A stretch of DNA of 64,000 nucleotides from Rebecca billardiae RCC1528 (lineage: Eukaryota; Protista; Haptophyta), in assembly GCA_965240325.2 (NCBI GenBank), contig OZ251252.1, positions 124,001 through 188,000 of the forward strand. Direction: 5' to 3'. Shown here piece by piece: positions 17,870 to 31,239 of this stretch. The notes under the pieces are model-generated. The model was not told the DNA's origin. It did not search any database and saw nothing but the letters and a program-made list of their open reading frames with translations. A program made the translations under genes and the position numbers. The stretch's first letter is position 1, and each line of letters starts with the position of its first letter.

Positions 17870-19000
17870 CAAGGGTAGTAAGGGTGAGCAACTCCGCTGG
17901 CGACAGCCGCGGAGGTCGGTCGGGCTCTGTTTGCCTCGGCGCCCGGTGCGAGCGGAGCGGAGCGAGTACTATCAGCGGCTGAGGGCGCTGAGGCCGCGCA
18001 CGGCGTGAGGCGCGGCGTCGGCCGAGTCCGTCTGCGGAGGATACGCGGCGCTCGGCCCGCTGCGCAGCAGTAGTGTGCCTCACTTTGCCCCGAGCGCCGT
18101 CCTCCGCGTCGCCTCCTTCCCGCCTTGGAGCAGCACGCATGTGCGCGCCGCCACCTCGAAGGCGGCACGGGCTTGCTCAGACGACCGCGCGCGCGTGGCG
18201 CGCGACTCGGTCGACTGCGCGCGCGCGCTGCCGCGGTGCAAGGTAGCGCCACCGCATACGCGCGCCGTGCCCGCGCGTGCCTTTGCTTACGGCCATCTCA
18301 TGAGCGTAGTGCTCGTTTGTCTGCTTGCTCTCACGAATGGTTCGCTGTGCCTCACGCCAGCGCTCGTCGGTCGATCAGCGAGGTGTTGAGTGACATTGGA
18401 TACCCATGACGAAGGCCTAGCCGTGTGTATCCCTTCTCAGCACGAATGCAAGCGGACGCTATGGCTCCGCATCGATGGTACCAACACTCACGCCGCTGTC
18501 TTTTCCAGCTTCACGTCACTCGGCACTAGTCGGATGCGCAAGCAGCATTAGACATGTGTGTGAGCTCGCACTCACGTCCGCGCACACGCTCTCGCAAGGC
18601 CACGGCGCGCGTATGCGGTGGCGCTACCTTGCACCGCGGCAGCGCGCGCGCGCAGTCGACCGAGTCGCGCGCCACGCGCGCGCGGTCGTCTGAGCAAGCC
18701 CGTGCCGCCTTCGAGGTGGCGGCGCGCACATGCGTGCTGCTCCAAGGCGGGAAGGAGGCGACGCGGAGGACGGCGCTCGGGGCAAAGTGAGGCACACTAC
18801 TGCTGCGCAGCGGGCCGAGCGCCGCGTATCCTCCGCAGACGGCCTCGGCCGACGCCGCGCCTCACGCCGTGCGCGGCCTCAGCGCCCTCAGCCGCTGATA
18901 GTACTCGCTCCGCTCCGCTCGCACCGGGCGCCGAGGCAAACAGAGCCCGACCGACCTCCGCGGCTGTCGCCAGCGGAGTTGCTCACCCTTACTACCCTTG
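17870..19000. mobile_element. Foldback non-autonomous DNA transposon (P/Galileo-like): 400-bp TIRs, 7-bp TSD
   Basis: 17870-18269 is the reverse complement of 18601-19000, with one mismatch noticed. Termini are CAAGGG..CCCTTG, flanked by GTACAAG at 17863-17869 and 19001-19007. The spacer is 331 bp and non-coding. Confidence 0.9.
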
Positions 19001-19154
19001 GTACAAGCCTGGTACAAGGCTGCGGCGAGCGGCGAGCAGCGAGCGTACAGTAACGACATACAGACAGTACAGTCATCAGGGTTGACCCGGGCAAGCACCG
19101 GCACTCGGCCGGAGCGGCCGGCGTCTTGCTGCGGTGGGCGGCCGCGCAGCCGCC

Positions 19155-20108
19155 ATGGTCCAGCAGGAGCCGCGCAGCACGGGCAGCCGGCGGGCGTCGG
19201 CGACGTCGGCGAGCGCGCCACGCGAGGGCGCGGGCGGCTCGCGCCGCTCCAGCCTCTCCGTCCCGTCCGCCGCCGCCTCCGTGCGCGCCACCGGCGGCGG
19301 CGGCGCGCTGCTCACGCCCGCGTCCGCCGTGAGCACTCGGCCCGTGGCGGCCAAGGACCTGTTCCACTTTGAGCGCGCGGGGGGGAAGGGCGGGCGGCCG
19401 CGCGCGTCGCGGTACCACCTGCGCGGCTCCGCGGCGGAGGCCGGCGCCGACCTCGACGCTCGCCTCTCTCTCCTCCGCTCCGAGCGCGTCGTGACGTCCA
19501 TTGCGCGCTTCTGGGCATCGGCCGGGCTGGCCGACGGCGACGCGATGGGGCGCGAGGGGTACGTGGCGCTGTACGAGCGCGTGGCGCGCGCGCTTGGCGT
19601 GGTGCCGCGCGGGGCGCCCGCCGCCGCGCGCGCGCGCGAGCTCGCCCAGCGCGACTGGGAGTCCGACATGCGGCGCGAGATTGGCGCGGTGGCGGCGGGC
19701 GCGGCGGCCGAGGCGGCGGCGGAGGCGGCGGCGGGCGGCGCGGCGGCGGGCGGTGCGGCGGGGGACGAGGGCGGGGCCGCCGCCCCCGACGCCGCGGCGC
19801 CCGGACCTCCGGACGCCCCGGACCCCCGGCGCATGCCGCTCGACCTCTTCTGCGCGTCCATGTTCGAGCTGGCCGACACGTGGGTGGAGGGATCGGGGGA
19901 ATCAGACTTCCTCAGATTCCTCGGCACGCTGCACCGCCGCGTGACGCGGCACGCGGCGCCCGCGCGCGCGGTGCGCGAGGCGCTCGAGGCGCGCACCTCC
20001 GTGATGGAGGCCGCGCTCGGGGGCCTCGACGAGCTCCTCCGACAGATCGAGGCGACGCGCGTCCTCGCCAATGCGCCGCGCACTCTTGGCGGCGCGCCCG
20101 CCGAAGCC

Positions 20109-20140
<32 letters not shown>

Positions 20141-22008
20141 GGCCGCCGGCGCCGACGACGACGGCGGCGGCGGTGCGGAGGAGGGCGAGGCGGAGGGCGC
20201 GGCCGACGCGCGGACGGCGGGCCGCACGCCGCCCGGGCCCGCCACCCCGCGCACGGCTCAGGCCGAGGCCGAGCTCGCCCTCGTGCGCAAAGCCACGGCG
20301 GCCGCGCGGCGCGCGGCCGCGGCCGCGGACGATGCGGATGCGGCCGCAGCGCTCGAGCGCGCGCTCGCGCCGATCGTGGGCGACGCGGCGCGCGCGGAGG
20401 CGGCCGACGCGGACGCCGAGGCGCGCGCCGTCGTCGGCGCCGGCGCGGACGCGCTGATGGACCTCTGGGCCGCGCGCGCGCTCGCGGACGCCGTCGGCGC
20501 CGCCGAGGCGGCCGAGGCGGCGCCGGCGGCACCGGAGCGGACCGCGCGGCGGCGCGCGGCGGGGCTGGCGCTGGACGCGGCGGTGCTGACCGCGGCGGTG
20601 GCGGGCGCGCCGCCCGCCGGCGCGCCGCTCTCCGCGCGGCACGCGCACACGCTCGAGCGCGCGCTCTCCCGCCTCGCGCCGCGCCCGCGCTCCGCGCAGC
20701 CGCCGGCCGAGCGCCCAGGCAGCGCCAAGGCGGCGGCCGCGGCGCAGCCAGCCGCCGGCGGCTCGGCTGTGCGCACCAACATGGTGCGCCCGCGCGGCTG
20801 GCCGCGCGGCTGCCCCGCGGCGTGTCGCGAGGGCGGTGGGGGTGTGCAGAGCTCTAGGGGAGGGCTGGGGGTAGGGTTGGGGGGCAGGCAACGCGCCACG
20901 CTCAACGCGCGCGCGCCCCGCGCACAGCGCGCGCGCCCGCACCGCCGCGCCCGCACCCGCACCCTCGCCCTCACCCCTAACCCTAACCCTACCCTGACCC
21001 TCACACCCGACCCGAGCGCAGGTGCTCGCCCTGGGCGCCACGGCCGCGTCGCGCGCGCAGCTCGCCTGGCACCGCGCCGTGCCCGGCGCTGCCGCGGCCG
21101 TGGCGGCGCGCGGGCGCGCGCGCGGCAGCGCCGGGCACGGCGTGTCGGGCGGCGGCGGCGGCGCCGAGCGCGCGGCGGATGGCGCGGGGCGCGGCTCTGG
21201 CCCCGGGCCGGGCGGCGGCGGGGCTGGCGCTGAGCGCGGCGGCGGCGGCGGCGGCGGCGCGGGGACACAGCTGCCGCCCTCCCCCGCGGCCGGCGGCGGC
21301 CTCGCGCACCGCCACGTCGTCGACTTTGCGCCGTGCGGCGGGGCGGGCGGGGGCGCGGCCGCCGCCGCGGCAGCGCCCGCGCCGCCGCCTGCGCTAGCGG
21401 CCTGCGGCGCCTCTGCGGCGGCGGCGGTTGCGGCCGCGCGGCGCGCGGGCAGCGATGGCGGTGGCGTCGGCGGCGGGCGTGCGGCGGGCGAGGCGCGCGG
21501 CCTCGGCGGCGGGCTGGGCGCGGGCGCAGGCGGCGCTGAGCGCGGCGGCGGCGGCGTGGGGACGCCGCTGCCGCCCTCGCCTGCGGCCGGCGCCGCCGCG
21601 CTCGGCGCGCGCCGCGGGGGCAGCCGCGGCGGCGCCGAGCGCCCGCTTGCGCCTCTGCTGGCGGTGGCGCCGGTGCCGGCCGGCGAGGAGGAGGAGGAGG
21701 AGGAGGAGGAGGAGGTGGTGCGGCTGGACACGGGCTCGGAGGCCATGGCGGCCATTGCCGCGGCCGCCGCGCCCAACGGCGGCGGCGTGGCGGGGGCCTG
21801 CGGCGCGGGCGCGCGCGGCCCGGCGGCGCGCCTGGCCCCGCTCGGCGCGCGCCGCGCCGACGGCGGCGGCGGCGGCGACGACGACGGCGGCGCGACGCTG
21901 TCGCTGCCCACGTCGCCGCGCGGCGCCGGGCGCAGCGGCGGTGGCGTGCCGCCGCCGCGCGCGGGCGCGCGCTCCGCGCGGCGCAGCCTGCCGCCCCTCG
22001 AGCCGGGA

Positions 22009-22046
<38 letters not shown>

Positions 22047-22260
22047 GCGCGGCCGCGCACGGCGCTGGGCGCGGGCGCGGGCGCGGGCGCGGCGGACGCC
22101 TTCGCGCTGGTGCGTCCGTGGTCGTTTGGGGGCGGCGCGGCGGCGGACGCGGACGACGCGGGCGGCGCGGCGCACGACGCGGGACGGCGCATCGCGCCGC
22201 TGCCGCGCCGCTCGCCGCTACGCACCGACTCGCCGCCGCCCGCCGCCAACGGCGGCGAAC

Positions 22261-22293
<33 letters not shown>

Positions 22294-23018
22294 GCCTCAC
22301 GCCGCCGTCGCATCGCCGCGGCTCGGCAAGTCGGCCGGGCACGGCGGGGTCGGCGGGCGGCGGCGCGGCGGAGGCGGACGACGGCGCGCCCGCGTGCGCG
22401 CTCCTGGGCGGAGGCAGCGGCGGCGGCGGCGCGACCATCGGCGGCCTTCCGCCCGCGGCGAGCGCGCCCGCGCTGCCGCCCGCCAACGCGTTGCGCGCGC
22501 GGCCGATGGTGCGGCCGCGCTCGACCGCCAAGGGAGCTGCGCGCGCGCGCTCGCCGTCGGCGTGCGCGGCGTGCGCGCCCGGCGGCGGCGGCGGCGCGAT
22601 GGCGACGGCCGCGTCGCTCCCCGCCATGGCGCGCGTCTCCTCGCTCGCCTCCGCCGGCGCGGCGTCCGGTCCGGGGCCCCTTTCCAGCCCGCCCTCTCAA
22701 CACGCGTGTCTGCGCCCGGCATCGCACGCGTCCTCGCGCTCGGCCACGCCGCCGTCCGAGCGGCGGCACGCGCGCGGCGAGGGCGGCGACGGGGGCGCGT
22801 CCTCCCGCGCGAGCACCCCGCCGCGCACGCCGGGCAGCCGGACGCCCGCGAGTCCGGGCGGCGGCGTGGCGGCCATGGACGCCCTCTGGGCGAAGCAGGA
22901 GGAGTTGTGGGCGCGGGTGACGGGGGGCAGCGCGGCGGCGTCGCCCGTCGCCTCGCCCGTCTCGTCGCGCTCGGGCACGCCGCCGGCGTCCGCGCGCCGG
23001 CTGAGCGCGCGCGGGTAG
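19155..23018 (+). CDS. Uncharacterised protein with an N-terminal EF-hand-like helical domain and low-complexity tail; intron 20784-21021; apparent frameshift near 22045
   Basis: SIARFW..MGREGYVALYERVARALG..AQRDWESD..LFCASMFELADTWVE..FLRFLGTL looks like a conserved domain. ATG|gtgcgc..cgcag|GTG splice sites fit the frame. Confidence 0.55.
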
Positions 23019-23192
23019 CGCTGCGCCCTCGCAAGGGCTGGCGGCTTGTTTCGCCTTTCGGCCGGCCGTGCCGGTGGGCGTGGCCGGCCGCCATTGTGTT
23101 TGCCGGCCGGCTGCTGCAGCGGGTTGCCCAGCGGCTCGGAAGTCGGAACCGATTTGAACGTCCTGGTAGCGCGAGCGGACGCCGTTTTGACG

Positions 23193-24422
23193 ATGGCCGA
23201 CCAGCGCGTCGCGCTCGTCGTCGGCGCCTCGCCGACGGCGGACGCGCCGGCGCGCGAGCAGGCGGAGCGGCTGCGCCGCGACGCGGAGCACGCGCAGGAG
23301 CTCCTCCGCGCGCGCGACGCCGAGCTCGCCGACGCGCGCGCCGACGCCGCCTCCGCGCGCGAGGCGGCGGCGCGCGGCGCGCGCGAGCTGCACGAGGCGC
23401 GTCTCAAGCTCTCCGCGCTCGAGGTGGCGGCGTCGCACTCGGCGGAGCGGCTCGCGTCGGTGCAGGCGCGGCACAACGAGGAGCTCGGCGCGCAGCACGC
23501 GCGGCACGAGGCCGCGCTCGCCGAGAAGGACGAGGACCTCCGCCGCGCGCGCGACGACGCGCGTCTGAGCGAGTCGCAGCTGGGGGCACAGCTGCGCGAG
23601 GCGAGCGCGCGCGTGCAGGGCGCGGAGCGGCAGCTCGCGGAGCAGCGCGCCGAGCTGACGGCGCACTTTCGCGCGCAGCTCTCCGAGCGCGAGGTGCGCC
23701 GCGCCGCGCCCCGCCCTCGCAACCCGCGCGCTGTACGGAGGCTACTGATCGGCGCGCCGCCGGCGGCGCCGGCTGCGCGCTCACGCGCCCGCCGCGCCGC
23801 GCCGCGCCGCGCCGCCTGCCCGCCGCCCGCGCCGCGCGCGCGCGCAGGCGGTGTCTCAGTACAGCGCGGACGAGGCGCAGGCGTCGCGCGCGCGCGAGCT
23901 CGAGCGCGCGCGCGCCGCCGTGCGCGAGGCCGCCCTGCTGCGCGAGGCGCTCGCCGCCGTGCGCCGGGAGCTGAGCGCCGCGGAGCGCCAGGCGCGCGAC
24001 AACGGCGCGGCGCTGCGGGACGATGTGCACTTTGCGGGGTCGCGCGGGCTGGCGGCGGAGGGGCTGTTCGCGCTGGCGGCGGGGACGGGCCCGCCGGGCG
24101 GGCCCTCGCCGCTCGCCGCCGCCGCCGCCGCCGCGGGCGACGCCGCAGCCGCCGACGGGCTCGCGGACGACGGCGCGCGCGTCGCGCGGCTGTCAGCGTG
24201 CATCGCTGACGTGTGTCGTGCGCTCGCGCGCGCGAGGGAGGCGGCGGCGGCGGCGGCGCGGGACCACGCGAACCAGCTGGCGGACGCGAGCGCGCGGCAC
24301 GAGCGCGCGCTCGAGCGGCTGCGCAAGCAGCTCGACGTCGCCGAGCGCGCCGCCGCCAAGGCGCGCTCCGCGCCCGCCGCCGCCGCCGCGACCGCCGCCG
24401 CCGCCGCTGCTGCCGCCTCTGT

Positions 24423-24459
<37 letters not shown>

Positions 24460-25475
24460 CTGTACGACCCGGCGGAGGCGCCGCGCGCGCCGGCCGGCGG
24501 CTCCGACCCGCTCGTCTCGCTCCACGCCGAGGAGGCCGCGCGCTCTGCCGACGCGCTGCGCGCGCAGAAGGCCCTTCTTGAGAATCGCATCGCCGCTCTC
24601 GAGCGCTCGGCCGCGGCCGCGGCCGCGGAGGCGGCGGCGAGGCTGGGCGCGCGGGCGAAGGAGGCGGAGGGGTTGCGCGAGGGGAAGGCGGCGCTGGAGC
24701 GGCAGCTGGCCGGGCTGCTCGACGAGCTCGCCAAGGCGCGGCACGAGGCCAAGCGCGCCGCCACCGCCGAGGCCGACAGCCGCCAGGTCTCAGTGCGCGC
24801 GCGCGCGGAGGCGGACGCGGCCGCGCGCGACGCGTCGCACGCTCGCGACGAGCTCGCGGCGGCGCGCGCGCAGCTCACGCGCGCGCGGCGCGAGGCGGAG
24901 GAGGCGGACGCGGCGCTCGAGGCGCGGGAGGACGACGCGCGGCGCGCGCGGGACCTCGAGTCCGAGGTGCTCGCGCTGCGCCAGCGCCTCGCCGCGCTCT
25001 CTGCGCAGCGCGACGCGGAGGAGGCGGCGCGACATCGGGCCGAGGTGCGCGCGCGCGCGGCCGCGACGGCGCCGCGCGCGGCCGCGACGGCGCCGCGAGC
25101 GCGGCCGCCGACCGCCGGCCGCCGCGCCGCGCGGGTGCGGGCGACGGGCGAAGGGCGGGGACGGGCGCGTGCCGCCGCGCGTGTGCCGCCGCGCACCCAG
25201 CCAGCCAGCCGCGCCCGCGCGCCCGCGCGCGGGCGCCGGGCCGGGCGGCGCGCGCGCCGCCGCCCGCGAACCCGCGCCGAGGCGGCGCGCGCGCCGAGCG
25301 CCGCGCTGCGTCTGATGATGCGCGCACCCGCCACGCCGCCGCGCGCTGCGCGCCCTTCGCGCGCAGTCCGAGGCGGGCGCGGCGCGCGCGCACGCGCGCG
25401 AGCTCGCCGCTGTTCGAGACGAGCTTGACGCGCTGGGCGCGCGGCAGGCGCGCGATGAAGTTGGACTCGGCGCGA

Positions 25476-25518
<43 letters not shown>

Positions 25519-25961
25519 GTTGTTTCGCAGCCTCGGCGGCGGCGGCGTGAGTGGCGGCGGCGGCGGTGGCGGAGGGAGCGGCGAGGGCCTCGGGCTGAGC
25601 GGTGTGCTGTTCAGCTCGATGGGTGGGCTCACCGCCAGGGGCGCGGGCGGGGCGCGCGCGGAGGGCGGCGGGCGCGCCGCCGCGCCGCACGCCGCGGGCG
25701 GCGCGGCGGGCGGCGCGGCGGGCGGCGGCGCGGAAGGCGGCGGCGGCAGCGGCGGCGGCAGCCACTTTGCCCGCTGGCGGCAGCAGCGGCAGCAGCAGGG
25801 GGCGGCGGGCGCGTCGCCCGGCGGCGCGCGCGGCGGCGCCGGCGGCGGGGCGGCGGGGCGGCCGCTCTCGCCGCCGCCCCTCGCCGCCGCCTTCGCCGCC
25901 GCCTCCCCGGCCGGCGCCGCTGCCGGCCATGGCGGCGGCGCCGCCGCAGCGATGCGCTCAC

Positions 25962-26004
<43 letters not shown>

Positions 26005-26833
26005 GTTCGCTGGCGGTGCGGCGGGTGACTCGCTGCTCGCGTCGATGCAGCAGCGCGCGGCCGAGTCGGAGTCGCGCGCGCGCGCCGCCGAGGCCGCGCG
26101 CCAAGCCGACGCGCGCGCCCTGCACGAGCTGAGCGGGCTCGGCGCCGCGCTCAGAGCCGATCTCGTTCGAATCTCGCCGCCGCACGCGCCGGCTTTCAGC
26201 GCAGGCGGCTGCGGCTCGCCGCCGCACGCCGAGGCGGTGTTTGGCGGCGGCGGGGTGGCGATGACACCCGGGCTGGCGAGCGGCGCGGCGCACTCGCCGC
26301 CGCCCGCGCAGCCGTGCTTCAGCGCCGCGGCCGCCGCCAGCGCCTCGCTGCCGCGCGCGGCCGGCGGCGGCGGCGGCGCCGCCGCCGCCGCGCCGCGGGG
26401 CGCGCACGCCAGCTCGCCGATGGGCGCGTCGCCACTGGGAGCCGGCCCGCCACCCGCCGGCGCGTTTTGCGCGGGCGGCGCGGGCGGCGCGCAGCACTCG
26501 GCTGCGAGCCAGCTCTCCGCGCAGAAGGGCGCGCTCGAGCGCCAGCTGCGCGCGCTGCTTGAGGAGGAGGACGGCGGCGGGGCCGCGCCCGGCGGCGCCG
26601 GCGGCGGCAGCGGAAGCGGTAGCTTTGGCGGCGGGCTCGGAGGCGGCGGCGGCGGCGGCGGGCTCGGGCTTGCGCTCAGGACGACAGCCGGTGGGCGGGC
26701 GCTGCCCTCGCCGCCGCCGCCGCCGCCGCCGCTGAGCCAGCCGGCGCACCCGGCTGCCGCGTGCGGCGCCGCGCCGTCGCCGCAGCCACCGACGCGCGAC
26801 GCGCTAGGCGCCTGCGGCGGCGCTTGCGGCAGC

Positions 26834-26878
<45 letters not shown>

Positions 26879-27301
26879 TGCACGACGCGACTCTCGCTCG
26901 ATGCGCTGTACGGTGCGGGGGCGTCGGCGTCGGGCTCGCCGCGGGACAGCCTGGGCGCCAGCCCGCGCGCCAGCCCGCGCCCGCCCGCCGCGCCGGACAG
27001 TCCGGCCAGCAGCCCGTCGCCCGCGGCGCAGCGCCTCGCCGGCGCACGCGCGGCGCTGCACCTGCCGCCTGCGCCCGGCGCGCCGGGCGGCCGCGCGCGC
27101 GCGCCGACCGCCTCGGCGCTCGCGAGCTGGGAGCGCGCGTACGGCTGCGCCGACCGGCGCGGCAGCCGCAGCGTCAGCGCCGCGCCGGGCACCACCGCCG
27201 CCGCGCTCAGCCGCAGGTCGTCCGTCTTCTCGGCCGCGGGCGCGGCGCGCGCGCCCGGCGCGCCGCGCAGCGTGAGCGGCCGCAGCGCGAGCGGGCGGTG
27301 A
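23193..27301 (+). CDS. Long coiled-coil protein; exons 23193..23693, 23848..25044, 25367..27301
   Basis: Extended heptad E/R/A/L-rich ORFs joined in frame by canonical GAG|GTGCGC..GCAG introns. Confidence 0.7.
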
Positions 27302-27562
27302 AGCGCGTGCCGGCCGCGCTTGGCTGCCGCGCACCGCAGGCCAGACGTCTACCCGTGCCGATGCGCACGCTCGGCTGAACTCTAGACTGGCGGGCGAGCG
27401 TGCGAGCCACGCGTGGCGGGTCGTCGTGCGCCGCCCGGCAGCGCGGCTCGGCCGCCATCGCCCGTGACAAGGACGGGAGCCCACTGCGCAGGAACCGGCC
27501 GACGGCCGACGCACGAGGTCGAGGGCGCTCTTGATCAGCAGCTCACCGGGTAGCAATTCAGC

Positions 27563-28121
27563 ATGCCGGCCGACGGCGCCGGCGCGGGCGAGGGCGTGCC
27601 GCTCGGCGACGCGGAGGACCCGGCGGTGCTGCGCGCGGTAGAGGCGTGGGCGGGGCCGGAGCGCGAGATCGTGCTGCTCACGGCCAACCGCGCGGGGCTG
27701 CCCGGCGCGCTCAACGCCCTCCTCCGCTTCCACTCGCTCGGGCAGACGCGCTGCCTCACGTTTGCGGCCGCGCCGGCGGACTGCGCCGAGCTGCGCGGCG
27801 CGGGGGCGCGCGTGGGCCCGCCGGTGGGGCCGCTCGTGCCGGCGTGCGTCTGGTCCAGCTACGCGCCCAACGCCACGCAGCGCTCGCGCACCAACTTCCA
27901 CGCCGCCCTCTTCGGCGCGCGCAAGCGGCTGTTTGCGGCGCTTGTGCGCGAGATTGCAATCTCGACGCTGCAGGTGGACGCGGACGTGCTGTGGTTCGGC
28001 AGCCCGTACCCCGCGCTGCACGGGCCGTTTGGCGCGTACGACCTCGTCGTGCAGCGCGACACGCCGCTCGCCAACGGCGGCCTCATCTATGCGCGCGCGC
28101 GGCCGCGCGCGCGCGCGGCCA

Positions 28122-28176
<55 letters not shown>

Positions 28177-31100
28177 CGGCGCGTCGGCGGGTGCGGGCCC
28201 GGCGGCGTGGGCGCTGGACGAGCTGCACCGCCGCGTCTCGCTCTTCGCCACGCGCCCCTCCGCCATCACCGCCATCGTGCCCGACGCCGCCCCCCCGTGG
28301 CCGCGCAAGCTGGACAACGAGCAGACCAACCTCAACGACGTGCTCGCCTCCGCGGCGCTGGGCACGCAGCGGTGCGCGCCCTGTGCGCGCGTGTGTGCGC
28401 GCGTGTGTGTGCGCGCGCGTGTGTGTGCGCGCGCGTGTTTGAGCTGGGCGCGCGGCGGCGTGCTGTGCGCGGGGCTCGACGGCGGAGCGCGCGGCGCCCC
28501 GCGCCCCCCGCCCACACCCACGCACCGCGCGCACCGCCCCCCCCGCGCGCTCGCTCGCCCCTGCCTCCCCGCGTGCGTGCGTGCCCGCGCCGCAGCTACG
28601 CGTTCACCGTGCACAAGTGGCTCTACCTGCAGGGCAAGCGCTGGCCGCAGCGCACGCGCGCCACGCTGTACGGTGCGATGCGCGCGCAGGAGGCGGAGGC
28701 CAGGGCCGCGCTGCGCACTGTGCACCCGGGCGGCGGCGGCGGGGGCGGCGGCGGCGGCGCGGCGCGGTGGTGGGCGGCGGTGGGTGCGGCGCTGGGCGCG
28801 GGTGCGGGTGCGCGTGCTCCCACGGACAGCCAGGCGCTCGAGTCACTCGGCGTGTGCGCGCCCGGCTGTAACGGGCGCTGCCTCCTCGGCGACGGCGGCG
28901 CCATGCGAGTTCCGCCGGCGGAGGCGCCGCCGCCGTTGCTGCGCAGCGGCGGCGGCGGGAGCGGCGGCGGCCTGGCGGCGGCAGCGGGCGCGCCCACGCC
29001 GCCCGCGTCGGCGGGGCAGTTCCTCGTCGCGCCGGGCTGGCTCTTTGCGCACTTCAGCGCCGAGTGGTTCGAGCGCGCAACGGCGTGCGTGCACACGCGG
29101 CGGCGCGCGGACGGCGGCGGCGCGGACGGCGGCGGCGCGGACGGCGGCGCCGGCCGGGGCGGGCCGCCGGCGCCGCCGCTGCCGACGTTTGTGGAGGGCG
29201 CGGTGGTGCTGGACGCGTGCGCGCTGCACGCGCCGCCGCCGCCGGTGGCCGCGGCCGCGCGCGCCGTCGGGCCGGGCGCCGCCGCGCCAGCCGCCGCGCC
29301 GACGCTGCGGCGGCGGCTGCGCGCGCGCCGGCCGCCGCGCGCCGCGCGCGCCGCCGGCGGCCGCGGCCGCGCGCTCGCGCAGCACCAGCCGCTCTCGCCG
29401 GCGGCGGCGGCGGGCGCGTCGGCCGCGCCCTCCATCGCGCTCCACCTCTCCGCAGTCACGGACAACCGCGAGGGCCGCGAACTCGTCCAGCGCGCGCTCG
29501 GTGGCTGGGACCCCGCCGTGGACGCCGCCCTGCCAGAGGCCCTTGCGCCGCACGGCCACGGCGCGCGCTTCATGAGCGTGCGCGGCGTGGGCGCGCGGCA
29601 CCTGCTCGCGCCGAGCGGCGCGGCGCTGCTGCCTGGCGGCGGCGGCGGCTGGCCCAACGGCAGCAGCAGCAGCGGCGGCGGCGGCGGCGGCGCGGCGGGC
29701 TCCGCGCCGCCGGGTGCGCCGGTGCCCATGGCGGCCATGCTGGACGGTTTCGTCAACGGCGTGCTGCTGCCGCTGGTCCGGATGGCCGCCGCCTCGGGCC
29801 GGGTCGCCGTGGTGCCGTACCTCCCGGAGGAGATCCTCCCCGCCTTCGGGGACGGGCTGCGCGTGCCCAAGCCCGCGCCGCGCGGCACGGCGCGCGGCGC
29901 CGGCGCGCCGCCGCCGCTTCTGGTGAGCCCTGTGTGGGTGCGGCACGTGTGCGGCCGTGGGCGGTTTGCTGACGAGCCGCGCGCGCCGCCCGCGCGCGCG
30001 CCGCCCATCTGGCTGCTCAAGCCGACAGCGCACGGCGGCGTGCGCGGCGCGCTCGCGACGTGCCGCGGCACGCTCGCCTCGGCCGCCGAGCTGCCGCCCG
30101 AGCTGAGCGCACACCTGCGCCCGCCGCCGCGCGCGGGCACGGCGCGGGCTGGCGCCGGCGCCGCCCGCGCCGGCGGCGCCGCCGGCGGCGCGCGCGCGCG
30201 CGCCGAGGCGGGCTCGCGCGTGCGCGTGCTCGCGCCCGCGCCCGACATGGCCGCCGCGGCGCTCGGCGACGCGGTGGCGGAGGCGGCGGGTGCGGGAGAT
30301 TGCAATCTCCTCGTGATCGACGTGGGGCGGGTGGCGCGCGCGGACGCGCTGGCGGGCGCGGCGCTGCGCGCGGCGCGCAGGCTCGTGGCCGAGCGCGGCG
30401 GCGGCGCGCACGCCCTGCCGCCCGCCGTGCGCGCCGCGGTGACGGGGCCAACGGCGAGCGCTGCCAGGCTGTGCGCGGCCGCGGGGCAAGTGTGCGCGGC
30501 CGGGCGCAAGTGCCACTCCGCCGCGGCCAACCGCAGCGCGGCGCGCGCGGAGGCTGCAGCCAGCCGCAGCGCGGCGCGCGCGGACGCGGCGGCGGGCGGC
30601 GCGCGCGCGCGCGCGGGCGTGGGCGCGCTGGGCTCCGAGGCCGCGCACCGCGCACCGCCGACCGAGCCGGCGGCCCCTGCTGCGGCCGCCGCGCGCGCCG
30701 TGCCCCAGCCCCAGCCAGGCCCACGGCCAGACGGCCATTCTGACGATGCCGCCGCCGCGGACGCGGACGATGGCGGCGGCGGCCGCGGCGGCGGCGGCGG
30801 CGGCGGCGGCAGCAGCGCGCGGGGCCCGGAGGCCGTTGGCCGAGGCGTGCTGCGCGAGGCGCCGCACGCGTTCGCACGCGGCGCACACGCGGGCGAGGGC
30901 GGCGGGCTCGCGGGCGCGCTCGGCGCGCTGCGCGCCGCCGCGGCCGCGGGCGCGCTGCGACCCCACGAGGGGGCGGGGCCGCGCGCGTGGGCCGACGCGG
31001 CGGCAGGCCCGCGGCTCGCGCGCGGCGGCGCGGCGTCGCCGCCGCCGGCGGTGGGCGCGCTGCTCCGCGCTGCGCTCTCGAGCGCGCCGATGGCGAGCGG

Positions 31101-31239
31101 CAGCGCCATCGGCGCGCTCCTCGGCGCGCTTCTGATCTGCGCGGTCGCGCTGTGCGCGCGGCTCGGCGGCGCGGCGCGCGGCGGCGCGGCCGAGCGGCGC
31201 GGCGGCGCTGGGCGGCGGCGCGGGGCGGAGCCATCCTGA
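27563..31239 (+). CDS. Nucleotide-diphospho-sugar transferase (GT77-like); intron 28372-28595
   Basis: LQVDADVLWFGSPY (DxD motif), ANGGLIYAR and NEQTNLNDVL. The intron restores the frame. There is a C-terminal hydrophobic segment. Confidence 0.75.

Noticed and set aside
18075-18795. Paired near-identical ORFs on opposite strands
   Set aside because: They are a by-product of the 400-bp inverted repeats.
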